NCBI GenBank assembly: GCA_964016885.1 | Contig: OZ024742.1 | Span: 336,412,001-336,476,000 of the forward strand | Source of the DNA: Eledone cirrhosa | Lineage: Eukaryota | Reading direction: 5' to 3' | Length of the DNA stretch: 64,000 nucleotides | Shown: in pieces, positions 48,896-62,159 of the stretch | How the letters are laid out: each line of letters opens with the position of its first letter | Numbering within the stretch: position 1 is the stretch's first letter | Made by a program: the position numbers and the translations under genes | Notes under the pieces: model-generated | Databases searched by the model: none | The model's input: only the letters and a program-made list of their open reading frames with translations | Told to the model about the DNA's origin: nothing

Positions 48896-51019
48896 CGATA
48901 CCGTACCGTTGATGGTGGTGTTTAGTGTTGAGCTTGTTGTGAGGGATGGTGGTAATTGTGGTGTTACTGGTGCTGCTGCTGATGGTGGTGGGTTTTATAG
49001 AATTGATGATGAAGTTGATGATGATCACTATTACCATCACCATCACTATCACGATTGACTTTAATAATTGTTTCTAATTTTGGCACAAGGCCAGCAATTT
49101 GAGGCAAGGGAAAATTCAATTAAATCGACCCCAGTACTTACTGGTGCTTCAGTTTATCGACTCCGAAAGGATGAAAAGCAAAGCTAACCTGGGCGGGATT
49201 TGAACTCAGAACATAACAGCCGTAACTATATGCCACAAAGCATTTTGTCTGGCGTAGTGGTTTAGCGGTAAAACTGTTGGGTTCACAGCCGCAATTTCGA
49301 TTCCTAGGCTGGTCAACGCGTTGTGTACTTATTTCACGTTGTTCCAGTCTACTGAGCTGGAAAAATGAGTTGTGACGTCACTGGTACCAAGTTGTATCGG
49401 CCTTTGCCTTTCCTTTTGACAATATTGCTGGTATGGAGAAGAGTGACTGCTGGTCATAAAACACATTGCACCTTCGATAGAACTTTCTAGATGCAGCCTC
49501 ATGGTCAATGATACTTAGTTTGTATACTATGTTCACTTTTACTTCATCCTTTTTTTTTCCTTTCTTCTTTATGTAACCCTCACCTGTCTTTGTAATATCC
49601 TTTCCCCCAATACTCCTGTGGTAAATAAAAGAAGCCATGAGTTCAAATCCCGCCGAGGTTAGCTTTCCCTTTCATCCTTACGGGGTCGATAAAATAAAGC
49701 ACCAGTAAGTACTGGGGTCGATTTAATCGACTTTCGCCTCCCCTAAAAATAACGGGCTTTGTGCCTAAAGTAGAAACAATTATTATTGGGTTGTTAATAA
49801 AGAAATAATTATTATTGGGATTGTTATTAATTATTTTCAGTTTTCAGTTAAGAGGTTTAGTGAATGTGATTTGTCACAAACATTGGAAAACACTTATTTA
49901 GACTGAAACATATACACCAAGTCCAAACACAAAGGAACCAAACTCCCAAAATCACTACCTCCGTCTCTCCCACTCTCCCTATCTCTTACTATTATGAGCA
50001 AATGGAGACCCACGCGCTGGCCGTCCCGCGGCCTCGACGGACAGAATAGAGAAGGCGTTTCTCCGAAGGATGGTGTGGGAGACGCCCTGGAAGAGCCATC
50101 CAGCTCACGAGGTTCACACTTATGGGTAGCTGTTGCTGTAGTTGTTTGTAGTAATGACGATAGTGATATTAACTGGAATGTCTGTCCGCTTCAACTGGTA
50201 ATTGTTATTAGTACTGTTTGTTAACTTTGTAATTATTTTTATTATTCCTACTGCTGCTGCTTTTGGTCTTGTCATGTCATTACCACCACCCCATCTCTCT
50301 TTCTTTTCTTCTTTATGTCTCTTTCACTTTTTTACTTTCTCCCCCACCCACCTCACCCCCATTTCTTTTTCTCGTTTTCTCCTCACCTCTTTCTTATTTC
50401 GTTCTCTCCCTCTTTCTCTTTTCCTCTCCCTTTTTCTCTTTTTCTCTTTCTCTCCCCATTTCTCTCTCATACCTGCCAGTATCACTTTATTTTTGTGTGT
50501 ATATTTGTATTACTTTTGTTGTTGCTGATGTTATTGTTGATGTGTTATTATTGCTGTTGTTGTGGATTATTGATAGTAACATTGTTGTTGTTATTGCATA
50601 TGTTATTGTTAGTGGGTTTTTGTTAAGCGGGGTGGATTTCGTAATTCATCCAATTTTTATATTTTCTGAAAACAAGATTTATCTCATTAGACAGACAAGA
50701 TATTCCTCTGGCTATCTCATTAGAAATCAGAAGATTAGATTGGATTTAAGGTTAATTGATTGATTGGTTTATTGATTTATCGATTTATCGATTATGGCCA
50801 CGTGCTGCGTGACCGTGTCTCTATCATACAAGACCACAAATGGAGAGACGTTGGCGAGGATTGGACTGAGACGTTGAACGTTAGAATAAAGTGACCAAAT
50901 AAATAGTTAGTCCGCGGGTATTGAGAGTGAAGATTACGATGAGGAAAAAGGGGTTCTTCTGTCGGTTTCGACGATGAGCATTCAGTCGTCCGATTCATAA
51001 ATTAACCTCTAATTAGTTG

Positions 51020-51870
51020 AATATTAGTTGTACTCTGAATGCCGTGGCTACTTAATCGCAGGCATAAATTGAAGCTGCTGCATTTGCAGATCCTTAGTTG
51101 GTGAACGTGTATAATCTCTGTTCCTGAGAAATGCTTTTCCGCAACCCGTTTTCTTGACGAAGCTACAATCCTGGACCAAATGAAGACCGAGACCGGGCGG
51201 CCCCTGACATTTATAATGTCGCTAAGTGGTCTACCAGTCGGACAATGCGATCGATGGGAGTTCCACTCTAGTAATATAGAAAGGACTAGTGGCGAGAAAG
51301 AGCGACGATACTCACGGAGAAGCTCTAGGTGTCGATGTAGATAAACTGTTAGGTGTGTTTCGAAGAACTTACGGGACAGGTATCACTGTGGATAATAGCT
51401 TCCAGAAAGCCTTAGCCTGGCAGACTACCGAGCATACGTGTGGGGTACTCGTTGCCGATTCGAGATAAACTTTACAGGCGCAGAAGTGTTGTAAGGAAGA
51501 CGTATCCAAGATGCGCACAGAGTGAAGAAACCATTGTGCACGAACTCGTTCAGTGTCCGGCTGTTACTGACTTGTGGAGTTATGTTGAACATCTGCTGTG
51601 GCGTGTAAGAAGGATCCACCTATCGACCGAATCCATCCTGAAATTCATACCGCTAACCTCTTTCAACAGGGATCAGAAAGCAGTTTTCCGATACCCTGTG
51701 GCTATGGCGGATAGGGTAATCAGATTTGAGGGGGATAAGGACATGATCTAATCGAGGGTTTCTTTCAACTCCCCCCTTTTAAGTCTCTTCTTAAGTATTG
51801 TTTTCAAAAGGTGGGTGTGTGCGGTGAAAATGGCAAGAGGGGATGGAATACTCTCAGCATGAGCCAGTAG
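51020..51870 (+). mobile_element. Old degenerate Tx1 ORF2 3' fragment
   Basis: LPIRDKLYR..YPRCAQSEETIVHELVQC, homologous to 60.4-61.3 kb. Confidence 0.75.
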
Positions 51871-51974
51871 GTTGGAAAAGGATCCTGTTTTCTTGGAGAA
51901 TATTTACGCGAAGTGTCGCTGAAAAACCGCATATTTCTCATTGGGACTCAGTACGGTGGTCCCATTGTTATCCG

Positions 51975-52570
51975 CCAAAGACCGAATTGTGGATAACTTC
52001 CAGAAATCCCTAGCCTGGTAGGGCCACAAATAAGCTTTGCCAGTTCGAGATAAGCTATACAAGCAAGTGCCTTCAACCGTCCGAAATGCGCGCCGGGCGA
52101 CGAAACCGTCCTACACGTCCAGACCTGCGGGTTTATGTCGAGCACCTGCTGTCGCGTGTAGGACGAATTTGGATATCAGCTGAGTCCATTGTGAAGATCG
52201 CCCCACCGCCTTCCTTTTGCCAGGAAGTGCAGGCTGTTTTTATCTGTCTGGTGGCCATGGCGAAAGAGGTTGTATGGTGGACACATTCGGCGAAGCCCTG
52301 ATTAACTTTTTCAGGTTTCACTTGAAGAGAAAAATCAGGGAAAAGAGGGAAGTGCTGCTTTCCAAGCAGTTTTTTGTAAGATGGGTGAAAGAGGCGAGCA
52401 CGGTCCGAGCGAATGGGGTCGCTCTGAGTATGTGCCTGTAGATGAGAGGAGGACGGAACTGTTTTCTATGAGCAGCCCTTGAACATTCTCATACACACAG
52501 ACTCTATGTTTTTGTCATGTACCGTCTTAATGTTTTTCTTGATGTTAACCCTTGTGGTGATTAAAGAAAT
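51975..52570 (+). mobile_element. Degenerate Tx1 3' fragment with its terminus, ending in (CAT)n/(ATT)n
   Basis: YVEHLLSRVGRI..AKEVVWWT, with terminal CCCTTGTGGTGATTAAAGAAA. Confidence 0.8.
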
Positions 52571-52728
52571 CATCATCATCATCATCAACATCATTTATAT
52601 TATTATTATTGCCGCTGTTATTATTATATATAACAAATATTCATTATTGTCGGTAGCTGTTTTTATTTTTATTGATGTTATCGTCCTTATTAAATAACCA
52701 TTGCTACTACAGCTATCATTATTATATA

Positions 52729-52780
<52 letters not shown>

Positions 52781-53449
52781 GAGAAATCATTATTATAATT
52801 ATCAACATTTGTTAGCTGCAAGAAAGAAGTAACAGCGCTATTATTCATTCTTAAGTAAAGCTTTACAATGTTATATATGAACCATTTGTGTACAAGGAAA
52901 AAATGAAATTTAGTGTGAATCAAGAATTAAATGTACAACGTCTTATCTTACCATTTCTGACTATAAATATCCTCTGGGTCCTGACAAAATAGTAGAATGA
53001 CTCTTGCACAATAGACGTAGGTTTCATTATGACAGAAAAATCATACCACTCTGTGTGTACCTACATTTAAGTTAAGTAACTATTCAATACAAACTAACCT
53101 ATGTAAGCTATAAATTTCTCCTCAAGTTTTAAATAATATTCACCATATTTCTTTCGCCCATTTTATTTTTTAAAATTCGTTACACAATCACTTTCTAATC
53201 TTTATTCTTTTTTTACTTATTCTTGTGTGTTGGTATATAATGGGTATTCTAGCCATGTTCCATTAATTTTACGTGTCTAATCTCCTGAGGAAGTGCTTCA
53301 ATAATAGTTTAGCCTAGTTCCACAACATGGACATAAAATTAATATGAATTGCATAAATTCAACTGAGAAACAAAATGGTGGACGGAAACAATTGTAGAGA
53401 ATTATATGTAACTGAATGAACCGTAACTTTCATTATTCATTTTCATTGT

Positions 53450-53554
<105 letters not shown>

Positions 53555-53569
53555 ATATATATATATACA

Positions 53570-53805
53570 TGCATTATGTAAAGCTGGCAGGTAAGTTTAT
53601 GAGATGTATAATAATGATATACTAAAATGATAATAATCTAGGACAGGTATAACTGCCTCTCCAAAAAAGTTTCGAAACTTTTGGTGCATTCCAGAAGTTT
53701 CGAAACTTTTTTGGAGAGGCAGTTATACCTGTCCTAGATTATTATCATTTTAGTATATCATTATTATACATCTCATAAACTTACCTGCCAGCTTTACATA
53801 ATGCA
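53570..53805. repeat. Near-perfect inverted repeat with ~111-bp arms and a short spacer
   Basis: TGCATTATGTAAAGC...AAGTTTCGAAACTT paired with AAGTTTCGAAACTT...GCTTTACATAATGCA. Confidence 0.93.
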
Positions 53806-54061
53806 GTTGGCACGTGAAGGCAGTTTTGAAGACGAGTCAAAATGGGCAAACACACCCACCCTAAAGTCCAGACCTTGCTCCCTATGATATTTGGTTGTTC
53901 CTCAAGCTGAAGGAGAACCTCAGGGACAGTAATTTTGAAGACATTAAAAAGGTGAAGGAGGATGTTCCAAGGGTCCTCAATACTTCACTTTGAAGGACTT
54001 CCACGAGGACTTCTTGAAGTGAAGAAGTCCTGAAGAAGTTTCAAAACTTCCTGAATGCACC
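53683..54061. mobile_element. Mariner-like MITE
   Basis: TIR-like GGTGCATTCCAGAAGTTTCGAAACTT versus AAGTTTCAAAACTTCCTGAATGCACC. Confidence 0.65.
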
Positions 54062-54122
54062 TTGTGGTGTGTGTGTGGGGCGGGGGGGGGGGGTATTATT
54101 TTCCATCCTGTCCAGCCAGCGG

Positions 54123-54160
<38 letters not shown>

Positions 54161-54587
54161 ATAAACTTACAGATATACACTCTATCTCATTAGTGCAAAA
54201 TTCAACATATTTATTAACGGTCATCTCTGAATGTGTATATATGCTTGCGTATGTGTATGTACACACACACACATGCACACATACATATAAACAATCATGC
54301 ATGCACGTATACGAACATACATACACACGGACGGACGGCGTATGTACCTCCCTAACTCTTTGATCTCTCGGTATCTGTGCACTTAATCATCATCTTAATG
54401 CCATCCATGTTGACCGCACTGACTAGCAATGAAAGAGTAATAAAACGTATCCGGGAATCTGCGGCAAATAATGATGTAATCATTTGGATGTCTGTGTGTC
54501 CGTGTACGGGGAAGAGGGTGGAGTTACTCCGATAGTCCACACCTACAGTCAGTCAAAGATCTACAGCTCTTGTTTTCTACGAGTGAA

Positions 54588-54692
<105 letters not shown>

Positions 54693-56206
54693 CTGTGTGT
54701 GTGTCGGTGTATCTGTATCTGTGTCTGTGTGTGTGTGTGTGTTTACGTGTGAGAAATAAGGAGAGTTTATGAAAGAAAAAGCTGATAGAAATTTAGGGAA
54801 AGGATGAAAGAGAGAGAAGGGAAAAGACGGGCAGATAGCGACAGACAAACACGGAGAAGGTAAGAAATAATTGTTTCTACTTTAGGCAAGGCCAGCAATT
54901 ACCAGTGCATTACTGGTACTTTATTTTATCGACCTCGTAAGGATAAAAGGCAAAGTCAACCTCGGCGGAAAGGTAAGAAATAATACATACGGAGAAGAGA
55001 GAAAAACAGACTGAAGCTGATAGCAAGATAGCGGGAGATGGTGAACGTATTAGACAGCATAGCTGAAACCATATAATTGCAAAATCTCAGTTAGATGTGA
55101 TTATTCGCTACTTCTAGTTTTTAAATCTGCTGTTATCGATTAATCTCTCCGTCTTCTGATTTTTCTAAATGACGTCATTATAAACATGGACGAACCATTT
55201 ATTCGTATTAGTTCCAAAGGAAATATTCCACGCGGTAATAGCTTCTTAATGTTTTGTTACTGAGATTGTTTTCTGCGTGAACAATGATACGGTTTTTAAA
55301 TGTTAATCTTTCATTACTATATTTCTAATGAAATATACCGCCTATAATTTTCAAATATTTTTTTTAATAACCAAAAATCTGGAGAGATTTAGTGATATAA
55401 ACTTTTTCATTATGAAGATTCTGTTTGAAGCAGAACTTCAAAAAAAATTTCTTACGTAAAATCTTAATGGAAGGTCTTTAGATTAGTATAAACACTTTAA
55501 AATAAATAGTTTTGTATTATAGTGCAAAGAGGGTTTTGGGCAGTTATGTATCAACATAATTAAATGATTTATAAATGGTAATGTTGTTTTAAAAGGCGGT
55601 GGGGGGTTAGATAATCGGGCACAATGTTCACGGGCAGTTATTCCGACGTTTTACGCCCTTATTTCAAATCCTACCGAGATCAACTTTGTTTTTCATCCTT
55701 CTGGGGTTGATAAAATACAGAACCAATCACATACTGAAGATGAATTAATGCCTCTACCCCCACGAAGAAAAATGTCCGGTCTTGTGTCTAAATTAGTAAA
55801 CAGTATTGTTTTTAAAAGGATGCATGTATAGCTGCGTGGTTAAGATGTTTACTTCGTAATTATGAGGTCTCGAGTTCAATCTTACTGTGTGGTATCATGG
55901 ACAAGAGCCTTTATCAAGGCCTCTTCATTTGTCCCTTTCCTCCGTTCTAGATTTTCTTTATATCTTTATTTTCATGCTGTTGTTTTTTGAGGGATATCAT
56001 GAAATTGTTGCTATACTCAGCGACATATTGATTCTGACATAAATTCTTCTTTATAGCTGTCTGGTGACGTGACAAAATTCTTTCGAGTCCAGCTGCAAAT
56101 AGTTATGTCATTTTCATTATGCAAATCACTATATTACACTACAGCTGAAAGCAGATTGATAAAGAAACGGATATTATACTGATTTCTTCAAATTTTTCAT
56201 ATATAT

Positions 56207-56248
<42 letters not shown>

Positions 56249-56587
56249 ATACTTTGGGAGAGTCATACTGTGAATAAAACCACACGCACCTGTTGGTTTT
56301 CACTTCAATTTATTATAAGTTTCCGATTGGCTGGTTAGTTCGATAACCGGATTGTTGTTTATATATTGTCAAAGCTCTTTCGTCACACATTCTGTGACCT
56401 CCTCTTGTTTTTGTGTGTTGTATGCTATGTGCTTGGTTTGCGCATATGTATATGTATATGCATATATATATATATTATTTGAAAATATATATATATATAT
56501 ATATATAACGAAGGAGGTGTGGTAAGGAACCAGATGGACCATAACGCACCAAAGTACTCAATACTTAGGGTAGTAGAGTGGGTAATA

Positions 56588-56697
56588 AGAACAAGTATGA
56601 CTCCGACGGCAGACCTCAAGCCGTTTCGACGGCTAATTCTGGACACAGAATTAGCCGTCGGAACGGCTTGAGCTCTGCCGCCCGGGTCATACTTGTT

Positions 56698-56699
<2 letters not shown>
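56588..56699. repeat. Imperfect hairpin (~54-bp arms, 4-nt loop) in a (TA)n-flanked repeat; 56507-56587 recurs inverted at about 58457-58538
   Basis: Read directly from the sequence. Confidence 0.85.
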
Positions 56700-56746
<47 letters not shown>

Positions 56747-57099
56747 AATCACATAATCTTCCTCAACCTATCAAATTGTACTGCACTGCAAAGATAGGGC
56801 AATCTGACCCACATTTTTTTTTTTTAAATGAAAGAAATTCCCAACATCAATTAGATGCGAGTTGCAAGTCGGCATAGCCACACTTTTATCCATCTCTCTT
56901 ACCTTGAAAATATGAGACTTTTGAAACCGGTAAAGTCATAAATTATTGTATAAATCTTCTGAAAGACACAAATTGCGTTTTCAGCTTGTTTTATATATAT
57001 ATATATAGAGAGAGAGATTTTTATATCGATCGACTTTCGTCAAATCGGACCGAGGAAATAATGTTTCCGTTGAATTTTCTAGTTGGTAATACTATCTAT

Positions 57100-57238
57100 C
57101 AGTCGCAACTCCAGGTAAAAGGAGCAACGTGAAATAAAGTATCTTGCTCAAGGACATAACGCATCGCCAGGTCAGGGAACCTAACTCATAACCTCACGAT
57201 TGCGAATCCAATTCCCTAACCACTCAGCCACACGCTTT

Positions 57239-57240
<2 letters not shown>
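57100..57240 (-). mobile_element. Second tRNA-headed SINE family, 5' part; related pieces lie near 29.73, 49.25 and 55.83 kb
   Basis: A-box-like TGGCTGAGTGGTTAG followed by GTCCTTGAGCAAGATACTTTATTTCACGTTGCTCC. Confidence 0.65.
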
Positions 57241-57292
<52 letters not shown>

Positions 57293-57406
57293 AAGGCGTG
57301 TGGCTGGGTGGTTAGGGAATTGGAACTCTTTTAACCATCTCTTGATCTTTTATATATATATATATATATATATAAAAGATCAAAAGATGGTTAAAAGAGT
57401 TCCTAG

Positions 57407-57477
57407 TATTTTATTATGCGCATTTCAAGAACAAATATCATCATGAGATGATATCTGCGTTTTCATCAGATAAAATA
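57407..57477 (-). ncRNA. Minimal type I hammerhead ribozyme with an intact core
   Basis: TATTTTAT-CTGATGA-[stem II]-GAAA-TGCGCA-TA-ATAAAATA. Stem III is the palindrome ATGCGCAT. Confidence 0.82.
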
Positions 57478-57601
57478 GGGATACATGATATGAAGGTTAA
57501 AAAAAAAAAACGCTTGTGAATAGTGAAGTTTTAAATCAACATATGTTGATTTAAAACTTCACTATTCGCAAGTGTTTTTTAACCTTCATATCATGTATCC
57601 C

Positions 57602-57672
57602 TATTTTATCTGATGAAAACGCAGATATCATCTCATGATGATATTTGTTCTTGAGATGCGCATGATAAAATA
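57602..57672 (+). ncRNA. Hammerhead copy with core mutations, probably inactive
   Basis: GAAA>GAGA at 57655 and cleavage-site TA>TG at 57664. Confidence 0.7.
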
Positions 57673-57817
57673 CTTGGAACTCTTTTAACCATCTTTTGAT
57701 CTTATATTATTTATACTCCAGTCCTACAAACTGTAGAGTGCTACTTATCCGATATTTGCATTGCTTCATTGTGCTACAATAAAACTCACCTCCTACATAT
57801 ATATATGTATATGTATA

Positions 57818-57869
<52 letters not shown>

Positions 57870-57994
57870 ATAAGGGTTGACGGACCCAGCATATTTATCA
57901 ATGCCAGTACCGGTTGTATCTCAGCGCCTTCAATGGGCAATGTAAGATACATTACCAGAGTATACACATAGTTATTTGCCTCAACACAACATAC

Positions 57995-58034
<40 letters not shown>

Positions 58035-58256
58035 AGCTGAAAATACATATATATATATATTAATATATATATACATATACATACATATATATGTATATAT
58101 ATATTTGTATATATATATATAGAGAGAGAGAGAGATGGGGGGGGGTGAAATGTTACTAGTTAAGACCAGTAAGTACTCTATACTAAACCATTTTTCCTTT
58201 GCTATCGAAACGGTAAAAGATTAATAGTAAGTTGAAAAAAAAGATGTGTATACACG

Positions 58257-58409
<153 letters not shown>

Positions 58410-58537
58410 ATATAGAAATTAATGTGAGCAAGAAGCCATCGGGGTTAAACATTTTCCTAATACTCACTCTACTACCCTAAGTATTGAGTACTCTAGTGCT
58501 TTATGGTCCATCTGGTTCCTTACCACACCTCCTTCGT

Positions 58538-58575
<38 letters not shown>

Positions 58576-58576
58576 G

Positions 58577-59116
58577 AAGTGGTTACACAACAGTTAGTTC
58601 ACCATACCGAGAACAATTGTTTCACCTTAGCGGATCCTCAGCTCGTAATGGACATGGTTATACGGAACAGGAAGGACAACCGTACGAACGCGCATGCGCA
58701 GAAACGATCAATTCACACAGGCAATACTAAAATGCGTGCGAGAGGTGTAAGGGAGATAACTGCGAAAGTCCGAAAAGTTTCTAGTTGATAAGAAAATTAG
58801 TATGTTGTTGTAATTCAATCCGGAGCTTTGTAGTTATGTAAGAGGTGTTTGCAGACGTGTGGACAACGTGTGAAGAATTCACTAAGTCCAAGCCATACGC
58901 AAGGGGAAATCCGTCGTGTGGACTATATATTGATGAACGAATAAGTATTCTAAAGAGATTATGCAATAGTGATTGTCTAAACACGAGAAATGAATTCTTC
59001 ACACGTTGTCCACACGTCTGCAAACACCTCTTACATAACTACAAAGCTCCGGATTGAATTACAACAACATACTAATTTTCTTATCAACTAGAAACTTTTC
59101 GGACTTTCGCAGTTAT
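58577..59116. mobile_element. 5'-truncated Penelope-like element with an inverted 3' repeat, in (TA)n
   Basis: The plus strand reads KPYARGNPSCGLYIDERISIL..CLNTRNEFFTRCPHVCKHLL, resembling a PLE endonuclease C-terminus. Inverted arms at 58756-58881 and 58991-59116. Confidence 0.8.
58602..58651 (-). ncRNA. Minimal hammerhead-like motif in the 3' UTR of that Penelope-like element
   Basis: CGAG-CTGAGGA-tCC gctaa GGt-GAAA-CAATTG-TT-CTCG. Stem III is the palindrome ACAATTGT; stem II is weak. Confidence 0.65.
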
Positions 59117-59206
59117 GTGTATATATATATTATATATATTAATATGTATGTTGATTTAAAACTGCACTATCAGCAAGTGTTTTTTAGCCTTCATATCATG
59201 TTCTCC

Positions 59207-59277
59207 TGTTTTATCTGATGAAAACACAAATATTATTGTTTGATGATGTTTGTTTTTGAAATGCGCATAATAAAATA
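59207..59277 (+). ncRNA. Minimal type I hammerhead ribozyme, third copy of the 57.4-kb family, with an intact core
   Basis: TGTTTTAT-CTGATGA-[ACAAATATTATT/GATGATGTTTGT]-GAAA-TGCGCA-TA-ATAAAATA. Confidence 0.8.
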
Positions 59278-59401
59278 TATGGAACTCCTTTAACCATCTT
59301 TTGATCTTATATTATGCATACTCCAGTCCCACAAACTGTAGAGTGCTTCTTATCCGATATCTGCATTGCTTTATTGTACTACAATAAAACTCACCTCCTA
59401 C

Positions 59402-59483
<82 letters not shown>

Positions 59484-59946
59484 TATTATCTGCGCGTTTG
59501 TATAGGATTTACACAGCATTAGTATCTCATAATACATTTGTATTATCATTATAGTTCGGCCGAACTACTTACAACTAATCTCTCGGACTTTTTCTTTCCC
59601 GGGTCAGAATTATTAGAGTGTCGGACAAAAAGCGTTGTGGCATCATTAAGTTACGGCCCTATACTTTCTGAGTTCAAATCCAGCCGAGGTTAGATTTGCC
59701 ATTCATATGTACTGGATCGAGTTAATCGACATTCCCATCCCCCAAAATGGTTGGTCTTTTGCCTAAATCAGAAGCCGTTATAACATTGGCCCTCATCATC
59801 ATCATCGTCACTACTATCAACATCCCTATCTCTAATACCACCATCAGCATCAAACACGTCTTTACCTACAGAAGCAAACCCATCAGCAACTCTATCGCCA
59901 CTATTATCATTACAACCACCATTATTATCATTATTTACCCTCGTCA

Positions 59947-61532
59947 ATCACCGTGATGGTGTCGGACACCTTGGAAATCGAGGTCGTCAGCAACTTCTTG
60001 GAAGAATAGAATATGGAAGATTGACAGGAGCGAAACTTAACCCGGAAAAGTCGGTGGGCTTGCAACTCGGCACCTGGAGAGGCAAGTCCATGCCGTCCAA
60101 TAGCGTAGTTAGGCGCTGGACGGACGAACCGGTAAAGTTGCTCGAGGTTTGGTTCGGACCAGACCTCCAGGTGGATAAGAATTGGGACGAGGTGACGAGC
60201 AGGGTAGCCAGTCCCACCCAGAAAAGGGCTGGGAGTAAGCTATCACTGAAAGGTCGGGCGGAGGTGGCGAACGCGTACATAGAGTCCGTCATCTACTACT
60301 GTCTGACCGTCGTCCCTTGCCTCCGTTCGCGCCTCGCCATCTTGGAGTGGCTCCTTTTCAAATTCTTGTGGAGGGGTCAGGTTCCGCTGGTGAGGCGGTC
60401 TGTCTGCTGCCAGCACCCTCTACGTGGAGGGCTGGGCATGCCGTGGCTAATGATACGCAGATACGCGCTGAGGCTGTGGCATCTCCAGATATTTTGCCTA
60501 AACGATGAACAGGTGTGGTCGCCGTTTGTCAAACGGGCCTTTCCGCAGCTCGTTTCTTTGACTGAGCTGCAGTCCTGGGTCAAGAAGAGACCGAGACTGG
60601 GTGACTGGCATCTGGAATGTTGCCAAGCATTCACTGCCCTCTATCAGGCGGGCAATGCGGTCAGTGGAACTTCCACTCTCGAGTTCTATAGAGGATTAGT
60701 GGTGGGCAAGTGCGACGACGCACTCGGGGAGGCTCTGGGAGTCAACGAAGTCGAACTAACCAGTCTGTACCGGAGGACTTTCGAGCCGGGGACGATGGAT
60801 AATTTCCAAAAATCCCTCGCTTGGCAGTGCCACCGAGGGGCACTGCCGGTTCGAGATAAACTCTACAGGCACGGAAGTGCTGTCAGTCGGACCTGCCCAA
60901 GATGCGCACAGAGCGACGAAACCGTTCTGCACGCACTCGTCCAGTGTCCGTGCATTACTGACTTGTGGAGTTATGTTGAACAGCTGTTGTCGCGTGTAGA
61001 ACGGATCCGGCTATCGGCCGAGTCGATAGTGAAGATCGACCCACCGCCTTCTTTTGGCCAGGAAGGGCAGGCAATTTTCCTCTGTCTGGTGGCAGTAGCG
61101 AAAGAGGTTGTATGGTGGACGAGGTTGAAAGGACTGAAGACAGACACTTTTCTCTTCGGCCAATCCCTCATCAACTTTTTCAAGTTTCACTTGGAAAGGA
61201 GGGTGAGGGTGGAGAGAGAAGTGCTGCTCCCCAGCACATTTGCTGAAAGGTGGGTGAATGTGGCGAGAATGGCCCGTGTGAGTGGGCCTACTCTGGTTAT
61301 GCGGCTGTAGGTAGGTAAATTTGAGGAGAAGGGTGCCCTTCCAGAGTGCTCTCGAAGCGTCCGCTCGTTCAGGATTGGTGGGGTACTTGAGCGAACCCTT
61401 TTTTCTTGTTGTAATTTTATTATTACTTTGTTATTGTTATTCATATTGTTTACTCGATTTTTCTGTAAAACCCCACTGTCCCAGTCTTTTGTATTGTCCC
61501 CTACATGTCGGCCCTTGTGGCCAATAAATGAA
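59947..61532 (+). mobile_element. 5'-truncated Tx1 copy starting just after the RT YADD position, with a 20-bp TSD
   Basis: ORF 60021-61310 has TGAKLN..KS, LSLKGR and CPRCAQSDETVLHALVQC. TSD ATCATTATTTACC(C/G)TCGTCA at 59927-59946 and at 61533-61544 plus 61707-61714. Confidence 0.9.
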
Positions 61533-61544
61533 ATCATTATTTAC

Positions 61545-61697
61545 GGATTGGCAGTATCGGTAGAGGGTCGGACGCCATGCTTTCCAGCATAGTTACGTCC
61601 CTTTATGATCTGAGTTCAAATCCCGCCGAGGTTAACTTTGCCTTTCATCCAGTAATGCACTGAGATAAGCGCTGGCCTTGTGCCTAAAGTAGAAACA
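61545..61697 (+). mobile_element. SINE inserted into the 3' TSD of the Tx1 copy
   Basis: 9-bp TSD ATTATTTAC at 61536-61544 and 61698-61706. Confidence 0.88.
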
Positions 61698-61779
61698 ATT
61701 ATTTACCGTCGTCATATTTTTTACTACTACTATTACTACTACTACCACCACTACCACCACCACCACCACTACCACTACC

Positions 61780-61812
<33 letters not shown>

Positions 61813-62062
61813 GCTACTGCTGCTGCGTTATCATTAACGTTATTGTTCGGAGCTTAGCTTAAGGTTTTGGTCTTGACCAATTAAATCTGATACGGGGTTA
61901 TAGCGTAGCTGTGTAATCGCGTCTCTAAGACGATTACGTCGCTGATTGATGTTTACAGAGAAAAGCTGAAAAGCCGAAACTCTCTGTTAGTGAAAGAGAG
62001 AATGTGTGTGATATACATAAATACGTCTGTGTGTGTATATATATATATATATATACACACAC

Positions 62063-62159
<97 letters not shown>

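Larger units (their letters stand above)
57376..57703. repeat. Spacer-less palindrome (~160-bp arms) made from a Penelope-like terminal repeat
   Basis: Centre is CAACAT|ATGTTG at 57542/57543. A third, diverged unit lies at about 59147-59402. Confidence 0.92.

Noticed and set aside
49990-50130. GC-rich island as an exon or regulatory element
   Set aside because: No recognisable motif, ORF homology or second copy in the window.
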